DNA of 64,000 bases from a virus: positions 45,849 through 109,848 of the IMG/VR virus record IMGVR_UViG_3300037515_000188; one strand, written 5' to 3'. Below, in pieces: positions 47,926-58,326 of this stretch. Positions within the stretch are counted from its first letter, which is position 1. Each line of letters starts with the position of its first letter. Below the pieces are notes generated by a model, which saw nothing but the letters and a program-made list of their open reading frames with translations, was not told where the DNA came from and made no database searches. The position numbers and the translations under genes are program-made.

Positions 47926-48698
47926 GAGTAGGTGGTGTACGATTAGAAGATGGTAAAATTATAGACCTTGTTATAGGAATATTGGATGAGCCTCCTTTAT
48001 TTGATGCTGTAAATATAGGTAATTTTACATTTAGTTTAAGTGATAAAGTTTTAAGATTTAATACTGGAGAAAATTTAGTAGCTTTAAATACTTCTATCAC
48101 AGAAAATCCAAATTTAAAATCTTCATTGGGTAGCAATTGGTTAAATGATGATTTATCATTTAATCCCGTTCCATTTAATAATCTTCCAAATATAATTGGA
48201 TTAGATTCTACAGATAGTTTATTTAATGTAATTGAACAAATTACTGATTTAATTGATAATATTAATAATGTTACATTAGAAGATATAAATTTAGAAGATA
48301 TTATTACCCCGGATATGAGTATATTAGCCTATTTAAGTGGTGATTTAATATTCGTATCAATAGAACAAGTATTAGAGGGTAGTATAATAAGTCTCGATTT
48401 TGATAATTTAGAAGGGTTTAATATAACTGATACTACTACGGGAAACATGATAATATTTCAAAATGAAGAATTAATATCAAAAAAAGTTCATTTTAGATAT
48501 GAAAATTTATCTACTAATGTGGGACATCTGGTAACACATAATTTAAATTCAGAATATTGTTCTGTGTTTTGTATTAATCCGGCGACCAAATTAAGTATTG
48601 TTCCTAGCAGTATAGAATTCGTAAGTACAAATGAATTACTTATTAATTTATCATCCGCACAACCATTAATAGCTCTTGTTACTAATTTTAATGTTTAA
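47922..48698 (+). CDS. virion structural protein (3' part of the IS-interrupted gene; 5' codons at 46711-46725)
   Basis: acidic and beta-rich; VTHNLNS motif; GTG restart overlaps the tnpB stop. Confidence 0.7.
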   Translation: MRVGGVRLEDGKIIDLVIGILDEPPLFDAVNIGNFTFSLSDKVLRFNTGENLVALNTSITENPNLKSSLGSNWLNDDLSFNPVPFNNLPNIIGLDSTDSLFNVIEQITDLIDNINNVTLEDINLEDIITPDMSILAYLSGDLIFVSIEQVLEGSIISLDFDNLEGFNITDTTTGNMIIFQNEELISKKVHFRYENLSTNVGHLVTHNLNSEYCSVFCINPATKLSIVPSSIEFVSTNELLINLSSAQPLIALVTNFNV

Positions 48699-49567
48699 GC
48701 TGCAAATGGAAATTTAATTTCCGGGTGATGTTGATAATTAATTAATTCAAAATCATTTACTGTTACCCATGTTTCCAAATCATTTAAATTTTTAATATTT
48801 TCATTTATTTTAATTTTTGGCGGATTAAATGATTGACGCAATATTTGTTCCTTTATTAAATCATATTGATCTTCATAAATATGGGTATCCCCCATAAAAT
48901 GCGTAAATTTTCCGGGTAAATGATTGGTTATACGAGACATTAAAAGTAATAATAATGAATAACTTGCTATATTCATTGGAATTCCTAATGGAACATCATT
49001 TGATCTTTGATACATACTTAAATTTAATTTATTGTTAATTAAATGAAATTGGTAAAAATCATGACAAGGTGGTAATGCCATTTCATCTAATTCTCCCGGA
49101 TTCCAATGAGTTACAATAAGACGACGATCATCTATATTATTTTCAAGTTTATCAATAATTATTTTTAATTGATCTATAATCTCTCCAGAAGGACTAATCC
49201 AATTTCTTGCTTGTACTCCATATATACGTCCAAGATCATCTGTTCCTTTTCTATTAGGATTATTAATCCAATCTATCGATTCATTAGCATTAGCATTCCA
49301 GAAGTTGCAATTTAATTTTCTAAAATCTTTTGCATTATCATAACCTCTTATAAACCCCAATAATTCACCTACCATGGATTTAAACATTAATTTTTTTGTA
49401 GTTATAGCGGGGAAATATCCAGATGATAAATCATATTCACATTTTTCTCCGCTAATTGTTAAACATTTTTTACCTGTTCTTTCATTTTTAATCCAATACC
49501 CATCTATTAATATTTTTTTTATTAATGAATGATATTCATTATCAAATAAGTTTATATTATTTTCCAT
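48695..49567 (-). CDS. thyA: thymidylate synthase
   Basis: ERTG, DLGRIYGVQ, MALPPCH, YQRSNDVPLG.PMNIASY, GDTHIY; SD before 49567 (ORF open to 49732). Confidence 0.95.
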   Translation of the reverse strand: MENNINLFDNEYHSLIKKILIDGYWIKNERTGKKCLTISGEKCEYDLSSGYFPAITTKKLMFKSMVGELLGFIRGYDNAKDFRKLNCNFWNANANESIDWINNPNRKGTDDLGRIYGVQARNWISPSGEIIDQLKIIIDKLENNIDDRRLIVTHWNPGELDEMALPPCHDFYQFHLINNKLNLSMYQRSNDVPLGIPMNIASYSLLLLLMSRITNHLPGKFTHFMGDTHIYEDQYDLIKEQILRQSFNPPKIKINENIKNLNDLETWVTVNDFELINYQHHPEIKFPFAA

Positions 49568-49734
49568 TTTGTATCCTTTAAAATTATAATTTTCCCTCCC
49601 AACTAAATAATAATCCATTTGAGATAAATGTTCAAGACATTTTTCATTTAAATCAGGGCAATGTTTTTTAACTATTGAAATACAATCTTCTGAATTATCA
49701 GGACATATTTTATTTAAAAAATCATTTTTCATAA

Positions 49735-49917
49735 TTATTTTAAATCAGTATAATTATCCTTATTTAAAAAACTAGCTACAAAATTAACAAATGCAGTAAA
49801 TCTATCTGGAAAATATATTGCCGAAAAAATTGCTAAAGCACTTCCTATTAAAATACCAAGAAATATCATAATAATTACTCCTATATTGTATAATATATTT
49901 ATAATTGATTTTATCAT
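49735..49917 (-). CDS. small membrane protein
   Basis: hydrophobic. Confidence 0.5.
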   Translation of the reverse strand: MIKSIINILYNIGVIIMIFLGILIGSALAIFSAIYFPDRFTAFVNFVASFLNKDNYTDLK

Positions 49918-49983
49918 GTGTTATTTTTTCTTATAAATATTTAAGTATAAAATAATAAATATATAAAGATTAGGAGTATATTA

Positions 49984-51156
49984 ATGAAAGATACAATGGA
50001 AATATCAATGATTGGTCATATAATAATAAAAGATGAGACAAATAATAAAATTATAACCGACCAATATAATGCCATACATCCACAAAATATGTCTAGAATT
50101 TTAGCCAGAGCATTATCTAATGAACAAAATTCTTACATAAGAAGAATGGCTTTTGGAAATGGCGGCACATTTAAAGACGTTGGAGATAATTTGATATTTA
50201 ATCCACCTAATGATGGAACAATAGATGGTTGGGAATCTAGATTATATAATGAAACTTATTCTGAAGTTGTTGATGAAAGTGATGCAAATTTTGGAATAGA
50301 TGAAGGATCAGCAGGACCAAACGTTATAAGAACTGGTGGAGGAAGTGATCCATCAAGTGATCCAAGTGGCGGGGGTGTAGTATCTCAAGAAGCAGGATTA
50401 AAATCTAATGTAATTATTACTGTATTTCTCAATGAGAATGAACCTTCTGGGCAGGATTTAAGTATCTTGGACCCATCTGGGGATGAAATTTTTACATTTG
50501 ATGAAATTGGTTTATACAGTCCCGGAAAACCAGCAGTATCCTCACCCGGTTATTCTAGCATAAATGTAGGAAATAAAAATTCTGAAGATGTATCATTAAT
50601 AGTTCCAAGTTCTACAGTTACTATTGATATAGATGTTGACGGGTTAACATATAGTAGTGAATTAACAATTCCGGCATCAGGTACTGGTCCAAGTGGAGAA
50701 ATAACATATGGTGACATTTGTGAAGGAATAAATACCGGGGCATGGATAACATCCGGTGACGATATTAATGATTTTGTTTTTGTATTTATTAATGATAGTT
50801 CGGGAGGAACTTATCCTTCTATTATAGGAAAAAATTCATTTGGATTATTGACATTTCAAAGTAAAACTGTTGGGTCTGGTTCCAGTGTAGAACTAGGATG
50901 TGATATAAGTGAAGCCTCTGATTTCGCTAATATTATAACGGCTGGAGTTTGTGCCAATTGTAATGTATCTCAAATTAACGGACAAGATGCGGGTTCCGCA
51001 AATGATTCCGTAAGTCCAGAAAATGAAAGAGAACGATTACTTACACATATAATTTTTACACCAATACCAAAAGCTATGGATGTCGCTATAAGTATAACTT
51101 ATATTTTAACTGTATCTGTTTGTAATACTTCAGATTCTATTATTGACATTTTATAA
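49984..51156 (+). CDS. putative baseplate/virion structural protein
   Basis: NAIHPQNMS...MAFGNGG...FDEIGL...LLTHIIF pattern; late promoter and SD aggag. Confidence 0.65.
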   Translation: MKDTMEISMIGHIIIKDETNNKIITDQYNAIHPQNMSRILARALSNEQNSYIRRMAFGNGGTFKDVGDNLIFNPPNDGTIDGWESRLYNETYSEVVDESDANFGIDEGSAGPNVIRTGGGSDPSSDPSGGGVVSQEAGLKSNVIITVFLNENEPSGQDLSILDPSGDEIFTFDEIGLYSPGKPAVSSPGYSSINVGNKNSEDVSLIVPSSTVTIDIDVDGLTYSSELTIPASGTGPSGEITYGDICEGINTGAWITSGDDINDFVFVFINDSSGGTYPSIIGKNSFGLLTFQSKTVGSGSSVELGCDISEASDFANIITAGVCANCNVSQINGQDAGSANDSVSPENERERLLTHIIFTPIPKAMDVAISITYILTVSVCNTSDSIIDIL

Positions 51157-51177
51157 AATATATTATATTATGATGTA

Positions 51178-52908
51178 ATGACTATTAAAATATTATTCAC
51201 AGAAGAAGAAAAACAAAAAATAATAAATTTATATAAAAATGACATTGCAATAAAAAATATAACAAATATTTATAACTGTTCTGTCACTACAATAATTAAT
51301 TTATTAAAAAATGAAAAAATTTTTAAACCTGCAAAATATAAAAATCTTGCATATAAGTATATAAAATATACAAAATCAAAAAAATTATGTGAGAAATTAT
51401 ATAATAATAGTTCATCATTGAAAGATTTTTCTAATAAATTAGAATGTAGTATTGATATGGCTAGAAATATTTTATTGGATCATAATATAACTATATTGGT
51501 ATCTCATGAAATTAAAAGAAAAAATTCAATCCCGTTAAATGAAAAGGATATAATATTTAATTATATTAATAATGATTTTAGCATATCAAAATTAAAAAAT
51601 AAATATAAAACATCATCTAATACAATAAAATCAATATTAACAAAAAATAATATAAAAATAGTCAATAATTCAATTAAACAATTATCTAAAAATGCTAAAC
51701 TTGCATTAAATGATTTTAATTATGCTAAAACACAATATGAAAATAGTATAACTCTTTTTGGATTTCAACAAAAATTAAATTGTGGTGCTTTGACGGCTAA
51801 AAAAATAATAGAATTTCATGGTTTAAAAAATTTTACAATAACAGATAGTAAATATAATAAATATGTAGCAACCTTTCATAATAATTTTAAAAATTTTAAA
51901 TTAATTGATAAATCGGGACCATATTTAACAATAAATCATAATATTTGTGATAAAAAATTTAGTATAACAACACAAACTGCTGGAAAATGGAAACAGTATG
52001 ATGATAATGATTTATGTCCATATTGTAATAATAGATATAAGACTTCAAAATTTGAAAAAGATATAAAAAACTTTTTATTAGACAATAATATATCATTTGT
52101 ATCAAATGATAAATCAATATTAGGTCATAATTTAGAATTAAATATATTATCAAAAGAGTATAATATAGCCATAGAATGTTGTGAGCTATATTGGCATTCA
52201 AATATATTTAAACATAGGACATATCATTTAGATAAATTAAAATTATGTAAAGATAAAAATATAAAATTAATAACTATATTTGAAGATGAATGGAAATATA
52301 AAAAACATATAGTTGAAAATAGATTATTATATGCATTTGGTATTATTGATAAAAAAATATATGCAAGAAATTGTTCTATAATTACTAATATAAATAAAAA
52401 TGATGCATTATTATTTTTAGAAAAAAATCATATACAAGGAAAGGATAATGCTAAAATATATTTGGGATTATCTTATAATAATGAAATAATAGGAATTTGT
52501 AGTTTTAAAAAACCAAATGTATCTACTAATAATGTAACAGATAATAAAAATATATACGAATTATCCAGATATTGTACATCCATACATACTATTGGAGGAT
52601 TTTCAAAATTATTATCACATTTTATAAAATTATATAATCCCGAAAAAATAATAACATTTTCAGATCGAAGATGGGGTGAAGGAGAAGTATATTCAAAAAA
52701 TAAATTTACTTTTATCCATTCCACTAATCCCAATTATTGGTATGTAAAAGGATTAAATAGAATTCATAGATATAATTTTGCAAAACATAAATTAATTAAT
52801 AAATTTCCAGAATATAAAAGTTTAACAGAATCTCAAATAGTTGAAAATGAATTAAATTATAATAAAATTTATGATTGCGGTTCCAATAAATATGAATTTA
52901 TTAAATAA
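51178..52908 (+). CDS. Hef-like homing endonuclease (HTH repeats, PD-(D/E)xK domain and C-terminal domain)
   Basis: IAIEC..LYWHS, IFEDEW, YARNC, NHIQG, ELSRYC, GGFSKL, YDCG; ELNI in place of ELDI. Confidence 0.8.
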   Translation: MTIKILFTEEEKQKIINLYKNDIAIKNITNIYNCSVTTIINLLKNEKIFKPAKYKNLAYKYIKYTKSKKLCEKLYNNSSSLKDFSNKLECSIDMARNILLDHNITILVSHEIKRKNSIPLNEKDIIFNYINNDFSISKLKNKYKTSSNTIKSILTKNNIKIVNNSIKQLSKNAKLALNDFNYAKTQYENSITLFGFQQKLNCGALTAKKIIEFHGLKNFTITDSKYNKYVATFHNNFKNFKLIDKSGPYLTINHNICDKKFSITTQTAGKWKQYDDNDLCPYCNNRYKTSKFEKDIKNFLLDNNISFVSNDKSILGHNLELNILSKEYNIAIECCELYWHSNIFKHRTYHLDKLKLCKDKNIKLITIFEDEWKYKKHIVENRLLYAFGIIDKKIYARNCSIITNINKNDALLFLEKNHIQGKDNAKIYLGLSYNNEIIGICSFKKPNVSTNNVTDNKNIYELSRYCTSIHTIGGFSKLLSHFIKLYNPEKIITFSDRRWGEGEVYSKNKFTFIHSTNPNYWYVKGLNRIHRYNFAKHKLINKFPEYKSLTESQIVENELNYNKIYDCGSNKYEFIK

Positions 52909-53473
52909 TTATTTCATATATTGAATTTTTATTTAAATGAGGAATATCACAATCTGGTATATCTTTATTAACAAATTTACACAAATCAACCCACCCAGAT
53001 TTAAAATTATATATCAATAATTTTTCCTTTGGTATAGCATCTATAATATATTCTCTATGATTAATAAAACTTAATTTAGCTATGGTTTGATTATATTCTT
53101 CAAATGAAAAAAATTCTCCCAAACTAGTTCTATCTAAATCATTAATTCCATTTTTAGGAATCATATTGTTTAATAATGCTGTATAATTTTTATGTAAATT
53201 TACACGTTCAAAAGAATCCAACCATTCATCTATATCGCGGTCACAATATATAAATTTATGATTTTCATTATGAATTAAAGTATTAATAACACTAGGGACA
53301 TATATTGGAGTGTCGGCAAATACTTGAATTTTATTTTCATTTAAAAGTCTTTTTAATGCTGTGGATGGTACATGTTTAAATGTAAATCCTAAAATACTCA
53401 CCATTTTACACATACTTTTAGTTCCAGTACGAGGGGGACTTACTATAAAATATTTTTTCATTTTTGTTGTCAT
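52901..53473 (-). CDS. sulfotransferase-family P-loop protein
   Basis: PRTGTKSM, DTP, RDIDEWLDSF, GWVDLCKF, IPHLN. Confidence 0.75.
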   Translation of the reverse strand: MTTKMKKYFIVSPPRTGTKSMCKMVSILGFTFKHVPSTALKRLLNENKIQVFADTPIYVPSVINTLIHNENHKFIYCDRDIDEWLDSFERVNLHKNYTALLNNMIPKNGINDLDRTSLGEFFSFEEYNQTIAKLSFINHREYIIDAIPKEKLLIYNFKSGWVDLCKFVNKDIPDCDIPHLNKNSIYEIII

Positions 53474-53483
53474 TTATAATTTT

Positions 53484-55139
53484 TTAATTAGTATAATGCT
53501 CATTTTCTCGTCTAATTTCTTTTTTATAATGAAATTTTCTATTATGTGTTATAATACTCCCCAATATACATCCGGCTTTAATTTTTTCTTCCATAATTAA
53601 TTCCATTACATGGCTCATCCATGTTTGTTCATATTTATGTTCAAATTTTGTATGTAAAAATATTTTTTTATTTCCCTCTTTAGTAAATAGTATAGGCCAA
53701 TTACAATAATGATATTCCCCTACAGCATATGGAACTCCACGGAAAGAATTAATATAAAAAATTTTTGTTTTTTTTGGGTCCGTATAAATAATTCTTTTAT
53801 TAAACCATTTTTCTTTTTTTTCTTGTGGAACATTATACCACGCCCAGTTGTCCGTATTCGTGCCATAAAACTCGGAAAATGACAATTTTAAATAATCTAA
53901 ATTTTCACTCTCTATTATTGTCATAGCTTTTGAAATAGCATTAGGAAAATATTTTTTGAACCCAGTTTTGCAGGCTATAGATGAATCTTCTTCACCGCAC
54001 AATAACATATCATCTTCAAAAAATATCATATATTTATGATTATTTTCTTCAAAATGTTCTGCTGCAAATTGTCGTCCACCACATATTCCAATATTATCAA
54101 ATTTTATTTCAATAAATTCATATTTTTTAAATAATTCATTATATTCATCTGCTACACTTGGATCAGTTGAATTATTAATTACATATTTTGTAGTATCTTC
54201 TTTTAATCCAATTTCAAAATTTTTATTAAATTTTTCAGCCCATATTTCAAATTGTTTTGGGAGATTAAAGGTTAATACATAAATTGCCAATAATGATTTA
54301 AAATAATCTATGCTTAAACTTTTTATATATTCCAAAAATTTAAATACTAAACCATTACTTTCTATCATATGAATTGTACATAAATGTGGATGTTTATAAG
54401 TAATAATAGTAAATATACTTTCTTCCGTTCCCATATATCCTGATTGTAAAGTATTGGATAATATACCATAATAAATATCATTTATTATATTAATCGCATC
54501 TTTACTACCACCAAATATTCCCCCACGAGAAACATATTCTGTTTTTTGACCAGCATAATTATATAATGCATTTTTTTCAAATCCATGAATTTCTGTGTCT
54601 GCATTATATGGAAAACAAACATAATGCATTTTGTTATCACTGAATATTTTAGATAGTTTTTCTCCAAATTCAGAATCTATATAATTTACAGGATCACCAA
54701 TAGTATTTGATATACCACCATCTATCCATAAAAAATATTTTGTATCAAATATATTAAATAAAGTGGCATCATTTAAAAAAAATTGTTTGCTCATAACTAA
54801 TGGATTATAAAGTGATAATTTAGCTTGTGGACTATCTTCTATCCATCCTGCTCTATGTATCCATTCTTTTTGATTTCGTATTTCTTGAATTTCATTATAA
54901 AATGGAAATAATTTAAGATCATCTAATTCTTTATTAACAATATATGTTGGACGATCTCCTCTTTCATTCGTAACCATAACAGTTAATTCTTTAGGTATAT
55001 ATATTATCATTGGATATTCTATTTTTAATAATTTTTTGAAACATTCAACATAATGATCAAAACTTCTAGAAAATCCATTGACCAATTCCCCGCGACCAAT
55101 ATCAAATAATCCTGTAACAATTGTTAATTGATTTTTCAC
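53484..55139 (-). CDS. HtrL/YibB-like domain fused to a GT-A glycosyltransferase domain
   Basis: TIVTGLFDIGR, LWIDGG, GGIFGG, GTEES; C-terminal IGICGGR...FFEDDM. Confidence 0.75.
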   Translation of the reverse strand: MKNQLTIVTGLFDIGRGELVNGFSRSFDHYVECFKKLLKIEYPMIIYIPKELTVMVTNERGDRPTYIVNKELDDLKLFPFYNEIQEIRNQKEWIHRAGWIEDSPQAKLSLYNPLVMSKQFFLNDATLFNIFDTKYFLWIDGGISNTIGDPVNYIDSEFGEKLSKIFSDNKMHYVCFPYNADTEIHGFEKNALYNYAGQKTEYVSRGGIFGGSKDAINIINDIYYGILSNTLQSGYMGTEESIFTIITYKHPHLCTIHMIESNGLVFKFLEYIKSLSIDYFKSLLAIYVLTFNLPKQFEIWAEKFNKNFEIGLKEDTTKYVINNSTDPSVADEYNELFKKYEFIEIKFDNIGICGGRQFAAEHFEENNHKYMIFFEDDMLLCGEEDSSIACKTGFKKYFPNAISKAMTIIESENLDYLKLSFSEFYGTNTDNWAWYNVPQEKKEKWFNKRIIYTDPKKTKIFYINSFRGVPYAVGEYHYCNWPILFTKEGNKKIFLHTKFEHKYEQTWMSHVMELIMEEKIKAGCILGSIITHNRKFHYKKEIRRENEHYTN

Positions 55140-56026
55140 TATTTTTTAATCTCATCAAAGAAATCACAAAAACTTATTTGCGATGAATTAAATCTATTAT
55201 CTCCCCAATCCGCATGATACCACGTATTAAAACTAAATATTTTTATTGGAAATGTTTCTTCTGATAATATATACGTCATTAATTGTTCTTCTTTATATAA
55301 TTTCTTTTCTTTTAGAAAAAATTCAAATAATTCTATTATTCTATCACAATATGAATCAATTAAAGAAACATGTCCCCCAAAAATTCCTCCTATTACTGAT
55401 CCTTTAAAATTTTTATGAATTGAAGTATGTGCTATAGGATGTTGAGGATTTATTGATACTATATTTAATATATTATCTCCGGTATAATTTATTAAATTAT
55501 CCATGAAATTTTTATTAAAAATTAAATCATTTTTAAATGTAAGAGGATATGTTTCTTTATTTAAATCATGAATAAAATTAAGATTATGTTCAAAATTAGA
55601 ATTAAATCTACTATGAATTATTCCACTATGCGATATTCCAGCATCAATCCAAAATATATTTTCAATATTAGGATTTAATTTTATTGTTTCTTTCATAAAA
55701 ATAAATTTTCCCCACATAATTTCCATGCACCGATCTCTCCAATCTGGGGACGTTCTATATAAATCAGAATATAAATCTCTTATATTATTTACTTCTTCAT
55801 GAAAATATAATTCATATAAACTTTTCGGTATAAAATTTATATTTAATTCAGTAAATTCAGTTTTAAATTTATTTATTTCTTCCGGAGATGTATAACATGT
55901 TATATCAGTACCAGAATTAACAATAGTTTTTAGAGAATATGAATATGGACGATCACGATTTAATCTTCCACATAATTTTGTATGATTTAATCCATTATAA
56001 ATACAAGTTACTAATTTATTTAACAT
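55139..56026 (-). CDS. HtrL/YibB-like putative glycosyltransferase
   Basis: MWGKF, FWIDAG, GGIFGG, EEQLM. Confidence 0.7.
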   Translation of the reverse strand: MLNKLVTCIYNGLNHTKLCGRLNRDRPYSYSLKTIVNSGTDITCYTSPEEINKFKTEFTELNINFIPKSLYELYFHEEVNNIRDLYSDLYRTSPDWRDRCMEIMWGKFIFMKETIKLNPNIENIFWIDAGISHSGIIHSRFNSNFEHNLNFIHDLNKETYPLTFKNDLIFNKNFMDNLINYTGDNILNIVSINPQHPIAHTSIHKNFKGSVIGGIFGGHVSLIDSYCDRIIELFEFFLKEKKLYKEEQLMTYILSEETFPIKIFSFNTWYHADWGDNRFNSSQISFCDFFDEIKK

Positions 56027-56028
56027 TA

Positions 56029-58326
56029 TTATTCCATAAATGTATAATTATTCTTATCTTCTAAAAATACTATTGTCAGAAAATCATTATCTTTTGCTCC
56101 TCTATTATGAAATAAATGATAGCGAAGGTTTCCTTCATATGTTCGAGTTAATTTTAATATATTTTCTGTATATCCTGCATATAATTGAAAACTTGGAAAT
56201 TTATTTTCAAAATCATATTTAAATTTATCATCTATAAATTTTTTCATAGATGGCTCCAATGTTTCATCACATACATTTAATATAATACTGTCAGATAAAT
56301 TTGATTTATTCATATATTTAGCGTAAAAATGATTTAATTTTTCAAAAGAATTTTCTAATGATAAATCAACTATTATATGAAAATCCGCACCTTGATTATT
56401 TTCAGCAACAATGTCTTTTATCCATAATGGTTTTATAAAATTTATTTCCTTTCCTTTATATCCAGCGGATTCTAACATCTCTTTATAAAAGAATTTATTT
56501 TCATCCATGAACAATAAATTTATATTTGAGAATTTAGAACTTATTATATTTTCATGTACTTGATTTGCAATTATGCATATTTTTTTACTTTTATACTCTA
56601 ATTGTTCTATTATTGATATTATTTGTTCTAATTTATTATTATCCGTTGTATACATTAAAATATATAAACATGAATTAGATGAATCCATTGATATATTTTT
56701 TGGACGTAGTAAATCCGTTAATTCTCTTTCTTTTCGTTGTTTAAATATTAAATTAGAATTATAATATATACAATCTAATTCTGTTTTTATTAAAATTTCA
56801 AATGCATCACTTAAACGTGTCAATATAGGTTTTCCATTAACATTAAATGATGTATTTAATATCACACCATATCCACTAAGTTTATCAAATTCATCAATAA
56901 TAGTATATAAAAATTCATTTTGATCTTTTGTTATAGTTTGTAATCTACCTGTTCCATCAACATGAGTTATTGCCGGAAAATCATATTCTTTGTTTACTGT
57001 TGCAATATATGTCATATGTTGACTTTCATATGAAAAATCAAAATATTTAGATACATCTTCAAATTTCACAACCGGGGCAAATGGTCTATACCACTCTCTA
57101 TGTTTAACTTTAGCATTTAATATATCCTTCATATTTCCAACCGGATTACATATAATACTTCTATTTCCGAGTGCTCGTGGTCCATGTTCAGAATTTCCAT
57201 GTATTATACCAATTATATAATTATTTTCCAATAAAATAGCGATATCTTTTTCTGTAATATTTTCTATAACTGAAACTGGATTATCTTCCAATAATGCAGA
57301 ATAATTTAATGTATCCATTATTGGCAAACCAGAATATGTAATATCAATTTGTTTTTCTGGTTTAATATATTCTAATAATCCACCAATTGCTATTCCACAA
57401 TCATTTGTGTTTGGTGGAATATATACATTTCCATCTTTAATAATATTAATTAATTTACTATTTAATATTACATTTAATGCACATCCACCAGATAAACAAA
57501 CCGGATATGAAGAATATTTGGAAATATATGGCATTGCCAACTCTAAAAATACATTTTCAAATGCTTGTTGCGATGTAGCTGCCATATCCCATGAAAATTG
57601 TCCTTTAAATCTGGTTGTCTCTAAATCAAAATCAATTATTCCTATGGAATTAAATAATTCTTTTGTTACAGAATAACGAATTTCTGCCCCTCCGGCATAT
57701 GAATTGCCAGCATATCTAAATTGTTTATAGAACTTTTCAAAATGTGGTAGCCATTTTTCATTTACTTTACCATATGCACATAATCCCATTAATTTTCCGG
57801 CATACACTAAATTACCTATATTTAAAGGTTCTTTCGTTATATCTTCCATATGATCTGCTAATATCATATAAGGAAATCCAAGATCAATATCGAATTTATC
57901 TATTAATTTTGGTCCAATATTTCTAGTGTTTGCCAGATATACATTAAAAAATGCACCATTTCCCCCTCCATCATAAGTAAATATTAAAGATTTATTATAT
58001 GGAGATTGATAAAATGCACAAGCTGCATGGGCTGCATGATGGTCAAATCTTTTATGTTGTTTTATATTATAATTTGATAAATCAACTTTAGAAAAATAAT
58101 TTGATAAAAATATATCAATAACATTTGTATTAGTTTTTTCAAAAATATAATTTAAAATGTCATCAAACACTTTTTGCGGACATTTTGCAGGCAGATATCC
58201 CGCTAAACCTGCATTTTTTTTATTTAACCATCGTTCTAATTCTATAATATAATATTTTTCATTATAAAATGCAGCTATTGCTGCGTTATGTGATCCATAT
58301 GCAGATATTAATAACCCATCAGTCAT
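56029..58326 (-). CDS. O-carbamoyltransferase (NodU/CmcH family) with C-terminal extension
   Basis: ELER, HHAAHAA, YDGGG, GKLMGL, SGGCALNV, NDCG, EHGPRALGNRSI, HREWYRPFAP, HVDGTGRLQ, LNTSFN. Confidence 0.93.
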   Translation of the reverse strand: MTDGLLISAYGSHNAAIAAFYNEKYYIIELERWLNKKNAGLAGYLPAKCPQKVFDDILNYIFEKTNTNVIDIFLSNYFSKVDLSNYNIKQHKRFDHHAAHAACAFYQSPYNKSLIFTYDGGGNGAFFNVYLANTRNIGPKLIDKFDIDLGFPYMILADHMEDITKEPLNIGNLVYAGKLMGLCAYGKVNEKWLPHFEKFYKQFRYAGNSYAGGAEIRYSVTKELFNSIGIIDFDLETTRFKGQFSWDMAATSQQAFENVFLELAMPYISKYSSYPVCLSGGCALNVILNSKLINIIKDGNVYIPPNTNDCGIAIGGLLEYIKPEKQIDITYSGLPIMDTLNYSALLEDNPVSVIENITEKDIAILLENNYIIGIIHGNSEHGPRALGNRSIICNPVGNMKDILNAKVKHREWYRPFAPVVKFEDVSKYFDFSYESQHMTYIATVNKEYDFPAITHVDGTGRLQTITKDQNEFLYTIIDEFDKLSGYGVILNTSFNVNGKPILTRLSDAFEILIKTELDCIYYNSNLIFKQRKERELTDLLRPKNISMDSSNSCLYILMYTTDNNKLEQIISIIEQLEYKSKKICIIANQVHENIISSKFSNINLLFMDENKFFYKEMLESAGYKGKEINFIKPLWIKDIVAENNQGADFHIIVDLSLENSFEKLNHFYAKYMNKSNLSDSIILNVCDETLEPSMKKFIDDKFKYDFENKFPSFQLYAGYTENILKLTRTYEGNLRYHLFHNRGAKDNDFLTIVFLEDKNNYTFME

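Noticed and set aside
49568-49732. 55-aa N-terminal extension of ThyA as a novel fusion
   Set aside because: A good SD precedes the ATG at 49567; a separate small gene that lost its stop is equally plausible, and this cannot be resolved here
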